Part shown: positions 42,629 to 49,086 of the stretch, one piece after another
Layout: each line of letters begins with the position of its first letter
Numbering within the stretch: the first letter of the stretch is position 1
NCBI GenBank assembly: GCA_030638185.1
Contig: DAOWFD010000382.1
Location: forward strand, 1-49,086
Direction of reading: 5' to 3'
DNA from: Candidatus Aegiribacteria sp.
Lineage (GTDB): Bacteria; Fermentibacterota; Fermentibacteria; Fermentibacterales; JCC-6
DNA: 49,086 bases
Notes under the pieces: generated by a model
Databases searched by the model: none
What the model saw: only the letters and a program-made list of their open reading frames with translations
What the model was told of the DNA's origin: nothing
Position numbers and translations under genes: made by a program

Positions 42629-44610
42629 CAGTTTTTCTCCGATCCGGAAAGACCGATCTTTCTTACAATGTAGGTGCCTGGGCCGGCTGCCCGGGCATCA
42701 TATACAGCTTTCTCAGCCTCTCCGGTGAGCAGCAGAACCTTTCTGTTAACGTGGGTGTAGATACTTCCAATTGAAGCGGAAACCGATACAGAGGAATCAG
42801 ATATCTTTCCCTTGAATTCGAATGAAAGGGCATCTGCTGCCCTCTGACTCATAGCTTCCATCACCGCTTTCCCTGCCTTTGGAATGCAGGCAGCGAAACT
42901 GTCAGATCCTGTCCTGGCAATGAACACATCATCTGAGAAACAGTTACGGAAACGTACAGCAACATCCATCAACAGACGATCTCCCTCGCCGTAACCAAGC
43001 TTTCGATTTATCGTATCAAAACCATCGATGTCCGCCACAATTATGCCTACGTACCAGCCGTATGTCTGCACTTCCACTGCCATATGGTGAAGGTGCCTGT
43101 CCAGAAGGGTTATGCCCGGAAGACCTGTAAGCGTATCCCTGCCTGAGATATTCTTGAACCTGTGCCTCAGCCCGGCAAGCTCCTCCCTCATAGAGAACAT
43201 TCCCGCTGCTGCCAGGAGAATTACTTCGTGATACTGCATAAACGCATTATCGTCTTCATGCTCGGCCATTATCAGAGCGATAACTTCTTTCTCCCTGATA
43301 ACAGGGACTCCCATACAGCTTCCTGCCCCGTCATGCATACCCGATTCGATGGAGAACGCATGCACATTCTTTCCGCCATACCTTATTCTCGAGCGTCTGC
43401 AGGAGACCCTGTTCTTTAAAATCCATCCGGCCATTCCCGCGGAACTGTCGAAGACCTTTCCCCCCCGCAACCTCGCAAGAGGTCCCCTGGAAACCCATAC
43501 CCTTGTTCTGCCGTGCATGCTGTCAACGTCCGCTATTGAAATCGTTGAATTGGGCATTAATTCCGAGAGGATCCCTGCCAGTCCCTGTACAGTTTTGTCC
43601 AGACTGTTCTCATTGCATGCGGTAATAAGCTTTAACATCCACGAGAATTCATCCCCCATGGGGAAAGCCTCTTTGCTGCATGTTCCATGAAGAATTCCTG
43701 AGAGATTCTCCAGGTCGGAGATAATACCGTCAGACGGTCTATTCCCCGAAAAATCCTGCAGAAGAAAACCTTCGAGCGTTCTCTCTCCTCTCAGAGGGCA
43801 CAGGAGGATCCAGAGAGAGCCCTCATCCTCCGTCCCGGGAAAACGGTACGGTGAAAGTTCCGAACGTTCTTTTCTTGAGTTCGCTCTGATGATAACAGTT
43901 TCTCTGCTGTTATCCGCGATTCTCGTCAGTCTGTGCTTTGCAGGAAGCATGAACCTGGAAATAACGATTTTATCCCCAGCCACATGCTCAGCAAGCCGGA
44001 AAAACCCATCATCGTTTCGTGTGAACAGACAGGTTGAATCAGCTTTGCTGTTCTTATGTATTATCTGAAGAAGCGGATAGAGAGCGCCTGAAGCTGTGGA
44101 TGGCGAATCCTTATCCCCTTTCCCGTTCTTGTCCTTCTCCCTCGAGTAAGCTGAATCCCAGGAATAGGATTCCCTCTCCATCAGCCAGTCAGATGCCAGA
44201 CCGAAAAGGAAAGGAACAAGAAGTGCCTTCAAAGCCGGAAGGAGTAATGGAATAAGCCTGGAGATGAGGGATTCTCCCCCTGTCCAGATAGAGGCATTGA
44301 GAAGGGAGAATGCTTCAATAAAGCCTATAACAAGGCCCAGCTCAGTTGCCAGCCCTCCATTCGAGGGCAGCGATGCCCACATAAGAAAGAGTAGATAGGC
44401 TGAATAGAAAATGCTGCTGGAACCTCCTGTAAGCTGGATGCTTACAAGAAGACCTGCGCAGATCCAGTAGAACATGATTCTGCCTTCAATCCTCTTCTGA
44501 GCCAGCTGTGCGAGCGCTGCTGAAAACAACAGCAGGCCCGTACCAAGCAAAAGGAGAACAGGATCAGTGACGCACGATCCGCTACTTCGGAATCTGCCCG
44601 AAGCCAGCAC
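42628..44610 (-). CDS. membrane GAF-domain protein with degenerate GGDEF domain (GSDSF)
   Basis: Multi-TM N-terminus and GAF-like middle regions. The C-terminal GGDEF fold is DTLTGLPG...ADIDGFDTINRKLGYGEGDRLL...IARTGSDSF...SASIGS. GTG start. Confidence 0.8.
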   Translation of the reverse strand: MLASGRFRSSGSCVTDPVLLLLGTGLLLFSAALAQLAQKRIEGRIMFYWICAGLLVSIQLTGGSSSIFYSAYLLFLMWASLPSNGGLATELGLVIGFIEAFSLLNASIWTGGESLISRLIPLLLPALKALLVPFLFGLASDWLMERESYSWDSAYSREKDKNGKGDKDSPSTASGALYPLLQIIHKNSKADSTCLFTRNDDGFFRLAEHVAGDKIVISRFMLPAKHRLTRIADNSRETVIIRANSRKERSELSPYRFPGTEDEGSLWILLCPLRGERTLEGFLLQDFSGNRPSDGIISDLENLSGILHGTCSKEAFPMGDEFSWMLKLITACNENSLDKTVQGLAGILSELMPNSTISIADVDSMHGRTRVWVSRGPLARLRGGKVFDSSAGMAGWILKNRVSCRRSRIRYGGKNVHAFSIESGMHDGAGSCMGVPVIREKEVIALIMAEHEDDNAFMQYHEVILLAAAGMFSMREELAGLRHRFKNISGRDTLTGLPGITLLDRHLHHMAVEVQTYGWYVGIIVADIDGFDTINRKLGYGEGDRLLMDVAVRFRNCFSDDVFIARTGSDSFAACIPKAGKAVMEAMSQRAADALSFEFKGKISDSSVSVSASIGSIYTHVNRKVLLLTGEAEKAVYDARAAGPGTYIVRKIGLSGSEKN

Positions 44611-44981
44611 AAGAAACAGTACCAGCAGGGCAGCATACCCGGCAATTCTCAGGATTCTTAAAATGTCCGTTTCTCCATAGTGTTGTTTTTCATTCTATTT
44701 CACGGGTATTTAGTAGATACGAATATGTGAAAATGGAAGGTTGTCGTCCCAACGAGATAAACTATGATGTCCCGCAGGGGGTTGACGATAAGGAGAAAAT
44801 TTCAGATTAATATATCGGTTATATGGAAACCGTCGAAAGATCCCCTGATACCGTTCAGCTCATAAACTATTAAAGTCTGAGAATAAATAGCTTTCAAGAA
44901 TATACAGCACCGCGCCGGATTTCTTAGCTGGTGCTTTCGAATCATGTATTTTACTGGTCAAACCCAAACTGAAGAGGACGA

Positions 44982-46262
44982 ATGAGCAGAAAACCACTGC
45001 CCGGATTATCGCAGACTGATTTTGAAGGAATGACTCTTGTTGAACTTCAGGTCCTGGCAAAGGAGAAAGGACTCGAAAGAGTAACTGGAATCAGAAAAAA
45101 AGACATTATAGTAAAACTGCTTGAAATAAAGACGGAGAGAAACGGTCTGGAGTTTTCAACGGGTGTCCTGGAAGTCCTTTCAGAGGGATACGGATTTCTT
45201 AGATCCAATGAAGGAAGTTATCTGCCCTCATCCACGGATATTTATGTTTCTCCATCCCAGATCAAGCGTTTTAACCTGAACACGGGAGATACTGTTTCAG
45301 GACAGGTGAGGAAACCAAAAAACGGAGAGAAGTACCTTGCCCTTCTCAGGATCGAGAGTGTTAACGAGAAAAGTCTTGAAGAGCTTAAGGGTAGGCCAAC
45401 GTTTGACAGTCTTACCCCTTACTATCCGGAAGAGCGATTTTTACTCGAGACAACTCCGGATAACATGTCCGGCAGGATACTTGATCTTCTTGCCCCCGTA
45501 GGCAAGGGACAGAGGGCTTTGATAGTGTCTCCTCCCAGAGCCGGTAAGACCATACTGCTTCAGCATCTGGCAAACAGCATATCAGCTAACCATCCCGACA
45601 CCAGACTCATGATTCTCCTCATTGATGAACGCCCTGAAGAAGTTACGGACATGAGAAGAAATGTGAATGGTGAGGTTATCGCATCCACATTCGATGAAAA
45701 CCCGAAAAGACATATCCAGATAGCCGATATGGTTCTCTCGAAAGCCAAGCGACTTGTTGAGAGCGGATACGATGTTGTAATTCTTCTGGATTCCATTACA
45801 AGGCTTGCAAGGGCAAACAATCAGGTTATGCCCCATTCAGGCAAGATCCTTTCAGGAGGAGTAGACTCCAACGCTCTTCAGAAACCGAAGAGATTCTTCG
45901 GTGCGGCAAGGAATATTGTTGATGGAGGAAGCCTTACCATAATAGGGACAGCTCTGGTGGATACCGGAAGCAGAATGGATGAGGTTATATTCGAGGAATT
46001 CAAAGGCACGGGCAATTCTGAAATAGTACTTGACAGGCGTCTTGCGGATAGAAGAATTTGGCCTGCCATCGATATAACAAAATCAGGCACCCGGAAGGAA
46101 GAGCTTCTGGTTGATGAAGAAAGCCTGAGCAGAATATGGATCATGAGGAAGATCCTTGTTGATATGAACCCGGTTGAAGCCATGGAAGTCTTGAAGAAAC
46201 AGCTCTCGAAGCATAAATCGAACAAGAGGTTCCTTGACGCAATGGGTACAATGTCAGAATGA
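44982..46262 (+). CDS. rho: transcription termination factor Rho
   Basis: N-terminal [13 protein letters not shown], an RNA-binding cold-shock-like domain (GYGFLRS), Walker A PPRAGKT, and [11 protein letters not shown]. Confidence 0.96.
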   Translation: MSRKPLPGLSQTDFEGMTLVELQVLAKEKGLERVTGIRKKDIIVKLLEIKTERNGLEFSTGVLEVLSEGYGFLRSNEGSYLPSSTDIYVSPSQIKRFNLNTGDTVSGQVRKPKNGEKYLALLRIESVNEKSLEELKGRPTFDSLTPYYPEERFLLETTPDNMSGRILDLLAPVGKGQRALIVSPPRAGKTILLQHLANSISANHPDTRLMILLIDERPEEVTDMRRNVNGEVIASTFDENPKRHIQIADMVLSKAKRLVESGYDVVILLDSITRLARANNQVMPHSGKILSGGVDSNALQKPKRFFGAARNIVDGGSLTIIGTALVDTGSRMDEVIFEEFKGTGNSEIVLDRRLADRRIWPAIDITKSGTRKEELLVDEESLSRIWIMRKILVDMNPVEAMEVLKKQLSKHKSNKRFLDAMGTMSE

Positions 46263-46299
46263 TAGCACTTATTCTGCTTGATGACATGGAGGAAGTAAA

Positions 46300-46515
46300 T
46301 TGAAAAAGGATATGCATCCTGAATACAGGGAAGTCACATTCACCTGTACCTGCGGAAACAAGATCAAGACTCGCTCAACAGGCGGTGACAAGAAATTTGA
46401 TGTCTGTTCAAACTGTCATCCCTTTTATACCGGGAAACAGAAACTTGTTGACTCCGCAGGCAGGGTTGATAAGTACCTGAGGAGATACGGAAAAAAAGAA
46501 GACAGCGCGAAGTAG
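46300..46515 (+). CDS. rpmE: 50S ribosomal protein L31 (Zn-ribbon type)
   Basis: TTG start with GGAGG upstream. [13 protein letters not shown]...[13 protein letters not shown]. Confidence 0.92.
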   Translation: MKKDMHPEYREVTFTCTCGNKIKTRSTGGDKKFDVCSNCHPFYTGKQKLVDSAGRVDKYLRRYGKKEDSAK

Positions 46516-46536
46516 CTGTAGAATCTGAGTATGACC

Positions 46537-46579
46537 GGGGGAGCTTCGATGCTCCCCCTTCCCTATTCTTGTTTTTTTG
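46537..46579 (+). terminator. rho-independent terminator
   Basis: GGGGGAGC-TTCGAT-GCTCCCCC hairpin followed by a T-rich tract ending TTTTTTT. Confidence 0.7.
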
Positions 46580-46604
46580 CGGTAGACATCCATAGGAGAG
46601 AACT

Positions 46605-47636
46605 ATGAAAAGTTATTCAGCAAGGAGCAGAGAGCCAGCTCCAGAGGAATCAAAAACCGGTGGCCAGGCGGTACTGGAGGGAGTGATGATGCGTTCTCCC
46701 GTTTCCACTGCAGTTGCGGTTAGAACTCCCGGCGGTACTATTATTGTCAAAAAGCTGGAAATAAAGGAACTTAAAAACGGCGGAAGCATATGGACAAAAC
46801 CCGTTTTCAGAGGTGCAGCGACAATAATAGACACCCTTAGGTTGGGCATGAAGGCCCTTAACTGGTCGGCGGAAATCGCCGAGGAATCCTTCAACTCAGA
46901 TAAAAAGAACGGGAAAAAGGGCAGCTCGGGGTTTACGACCTTCCTTACTACCGCCTTTGCATTTGCACTCGCCATCGTACTGTTCGCATGGCTGCCTCTG
47001 CAGAGCAGCAAATGGATACTTGAAACAGGTTCTTCCGCAGCCGGCCAGCAGTTCGGAATACACATGCTGGCAGGCCTGTTCCGACTGATCGCCTTCCTTC
47101 TCTATCTGGGCGCGATATCGTTTATGCCTGATGTCAGAAGGCTTTTTATGTATCATGGTGCTGAACATCAGACAATTCACGCCTGGGAGAAGGGGCTCTC
47201 ACCTCTGGCGGAGAAGGCAGTTGAGCAGAGTCCTTTGCACCAGAGGTGCGGAACCAGTTTTCTGCTCCTTGTCATGCTTGGTACTATACTGTTCTACGGG
47301 GTTTTCGATTCACTGGTTATACTGCTTACAGGATACAACCCCAGTGCTTTGATCAGAGTGCTCTACCATCTGCCTCTCATTCCACTTGTCATGGGGCTGA
47401 GCTATGAGCTTCTCAAGCAGGCCGACAAACATCTTGAGACTTCGGCGATCGCAAAGGCTGTTACAGCTCCGGGACTGCTTCTTCAGAAGCTCACTACAAG
47501 AAAGGCGGGAATAAAGGAGATTGAGGTGGCAGTCGCGTCTCTTTACGCTTCTCTTGGCAGAAACCCCGGACCAGATATTGAAATACTTGACCGGGATGCG
47601 GAAAGCCTCCACGAGCAGGAAAATGAAAACGTCTAA
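46605..47636 (+). CDS. DUF1385 family membrane protein
   Basis: GGQAVLEGVMMRSP and YHGAEHQTIHA motifs, typical DUF1385, located upstream of prfA/prmC. Confidence 0.8.
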   Translation: MKSYSARSREPAPEESKTGGQAVLEGVMMRSPVSTAVAVRTPGGTIIVKKLEIKELKNGGSIWTKPVFRGAATIIDTLRLGMKALNWSAEIAEESFNSDKKNGKKGSSGFTTFLTTAFAFALAIVLFAWLPLQSSKWILETGSSAAGQQFGIHMLAGLFRLIAFLLYLGAISFMPDVRRLFMYHGAEHQTIHAWEKGLSPLAEKAVEQSPLHQRCGTSFLLLVMLGTILFYGVFDSLVILLTGYNPSALIRVLYHLPLIPLVMGLSYELLKQADKHLETSAIAKAVTAPGLLLQKLTTRKAGIKEIEVAVASLYASLGRNPGPDIEILDRDAESLHEQENENV

Positions 47637-47637
47637 C

Positions 47638-48699
47638 ATGGAATCCTTAGAGCAGAGACTGAAGAAAATCGACGAAAGCCTGTGTTCCCCGAAGACACTA
47701 AAGAATCCCACGCTTATCCGTTCGCTTACCGAAGAGCGCTCCAGTCTGGCCAAAATCCTAAGCACCATGGAAAATATAGAAAAAACCGGGGCATCCCTTG
47801 AAGAGATGAAGGAACTGCTGGAAGATGATGATCGGGAACTTGCGGCTCTTGCGGCCCAGGAGACCCCAGAATTGGAGATGAGGCTTGAAAAGCTTGAGCA
47901 TCAATTGAAAATGCTTCTCATCCCTCCCGATCCCAACGACAGCAGGGATGTCATAATCGAGATCCGCTCAGGAACAGGGGGAGAAGAGGCGGCCCTGTTC
48001 GCCTCAGATGTTTACAGAATGTATACGACCTACGCCCAGAAAAAGGCATGGTCTCAGGAAATCTTCACCAGCAGTGGTTCCGAAAGGGGAGGATTCAAGG
48101 AGATTACCTTCGCCCTGAGAGGAAAAGGCGTTTACAGCCGAATGAAGTTCGAAGCAGGTGTTCACAGGGTGCAGAGGGTTCCCGAAACGGAAACCTCCGG
48201 AAGGATTCACACTTCCGCCTGTACTGTGGCTGTGCTCCCTGAGGCTGAAGAGATAGAGGTTAAGATCAACCAGGAGGACCTGAGAATCGATGTCTACCGC
48301 TCTTCGGGACCAGGAGGGCAGAGTGTCAATACAACAGATTCCGCAGTGCGGATTACACACGTACCCACCGGGCTGGTCGTTTCCTGTCAGGATGAGAAAA
48401 GCCAGCATAAAAACAGGGTAAAGGCCATGAAAGTCCTCAGATCAAGACTGTTCGCAAAAAAGCAGGAGGAAGAGAAAGCCAAACGGGCTGAAACCAGGAA
48501 GAGCATGGTAGGCTCCGGTGACAGAAGTGCCAAGATCAGAACGTACAATTTTCCCCAGGGAAGAGTTACCGATCATAGAATTCACCTTTCCCTTCATTCG
48601 TTAAAAGATATTCTCAGCGGGGACCTTGATCAGATCATTGAGCCGCTTATTGAAGCCGAGCAGGAAAGACTCCTCTCGGAGGTTTCGTCGGGACTGTGA
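47638..48699 (+). CDS. prfA: peptide chain release factor 1
   Basis: ATG at 47638 lies 1 nt after the DUF1385 stop. RVQRVPETETSGRIHTSA (PxT region), and GGQ motif SSGPGGQSVNTTDSAVRITH. Confidence 0.93.
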   Translation: MESLEQRLKKIDESLCSPKTLKNPTLIRSLTEERSSLAKILSTMENIEKTGASLEEMKELLEDDDRELAALAAQETPELEMRLEKLEHQLKMLLIPPDPNDSRDVIIEIRSGTGGEEAALFASDVYRMYTTYAQKKAWSQEIFTSSGSERGGFKEITFALRGKGVYSRMKFEAGVHRVQRVPETETSGRIHTSACTVAVLPEAEEIEVKINQEDLRIDVYRSSGPGGQSVNTTDSAVRITHVPTGLVVSCQDEKSQHKNRVKAMKVLRSRLFAKKQEEEKAKRAETRKSMVGSGDRSAKIRTYNFPQGRVTDHRIHLSLHSLKDILSGDLDQIIEPLIEAEQERLLSEVSSGL

Positions 48700-49086
48700 C
48701 TGTTCTGGATGCCTGCAAATGGGCTGCAGAGGAGCTGCATGAGCTTGAATCGCCCCGTCTGGAAGCTGAACTGCTGCTTTGCCATTCAATGAACTGGAAA
48801 CGGCACAATCTATATCTGAACCATGAATGTGAAATACGCGAATCCTGCCTGGAGCAGTACAGAGAGACAGTCCGACGGCGGAAGAACAGGGAACCTCTTC
48901 AGCATATTACAGGAAGAGTGGATTTCCTGGGGCGTTCCTTCATTGCAGGGCCGGGAGCCCTTATAGCGAGGCCTGAAACGGAGTTTCTTACCGAACTGTT
49001 CATGAACGAGTTATCGAAACCAAACTACATTCTCGACGTTGGCACCGGATCCGGCGCCATAGCGGTTTCATTGGCCCTGGAGTATC
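48696..49086 (+). CDS. prmC: release-factor glutamine methyltransferase PrmC/HemK; N-terminal fragment, 3' end outside window
   Basis: GTG overlaps the prfA stop (GTGA). EPLQHITGRVDFLGRSF, ALIARPETE, and SAM motif ILDVGTGSGAIAVSLA. Confidence 0.85.
   Translation, partial: MTVLDACKWAAEELHELESPRLEAELLLCHSMNWKRHNLYLNHECEIRESCLEQYRETVRRRKNREPLQHITGRVDFLGRSFIAGPGALIARPETEFLTELFMNELSKPNYILDVGTGSGAIAVSLALEY

Noticed and set aside
44782-44816. TTGACG -35-like hexamer in the rho leader as a promoter
   Set aside because: The only good -10 candidate (TAATAT) is 20 nt away. Hexamers at 17-19 nt spacing lack the conserved T1/A2/T6 positions.
47521-47637. 39-codon N-terminal extension of prfA in the ORF track (MRWQSRLF...)
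   Set aside because: It overlaps the 3' end of the DUF1385 gene. RF1 homology begins at MESLEQRLKK, whose ATG (47638) sits 1 nt after the DUF1385 stop.
1-49086. CRISPR arrays, IS elements, integrases, phage genes, reverse transcriptases, and known defence-system signatures
   Set aside because: No spaced direct-repeat arrays, no terminal inverted repeats flanking a transposase-like ORF, and no recombinase, RT or nuclease-helicase combinations were seen in any frame. The only mobile-type trace is the RelE/ParE remnant.

Overview
This is a densely coding 49-kb chromosomal segment with about 48 CDS and no rRNA, tRNA, CRISPR array, transposase or integrase that I can see. The standard genetic code fits throughout. 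Two cargo proteins carry type-IX-secretion C-terminal domains, which suggests an FCB-superphylum-like, probably uncultivated bacterium. That placement is inference only.

The backbone is housekeeping:
- a TPP-riboswitch-controlled thiM-thiE-thi4 operon
- argF
- a Wza/Wzz-like polysaccharide export pair
- eno-ftsB-rsgA
- hflKC
- a phoH / 7TM-HD / ybeY / corC-like / recO / glyQS operon
- rho-rpmE-DUF1385-prfA-prmC

The accessory or unusual content is:
1. A six-gene, same-strand cluster (2.9-9.0 kb) in which every product has an export signal and none has an assignable function. It contains an 828-aa protein with 13 copies of a ~27-aa GxDxY...QGxG repeat plus HEAT repeats, two paralogous class-A beta-lactamase-fold proteins with degenerate catalytic motifs, two lipoproteins and a small outer-membrane beta-barrel. 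This is my best candidate for an undescribed system.
2. A secreted-protease island (27.3-33.1 kb) holding two divergently transcribed C25/gingipain-like T9SS cargo proteins, a small downstream lipoprotein and a CAP-domain lipoprotein.
3. A rearrangement scar in which a 46-nt copy of the neighbouring glycosyltransferase gene is fused to the C-terminal third of a RelE/ParE toxin.
4. Signalling genes with degenerate sites: a pseudo-receiver sigma-54 activator, a GSDSF variant GGDEF protein, and an orphan REC-HD-GYP / NtrC pair.
5. Two housekeeping genes (rsgA, recO), and possibly a third gene, whose conserved N-termini lie upstream of the first ATG/GTG/TTG. Each has a Shine-Dalgarno-like GGAG 7-9 nt before a CTG, ATC or ATT codon.

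All homology calls are by-eye motif recognition. No searches or computations were run.
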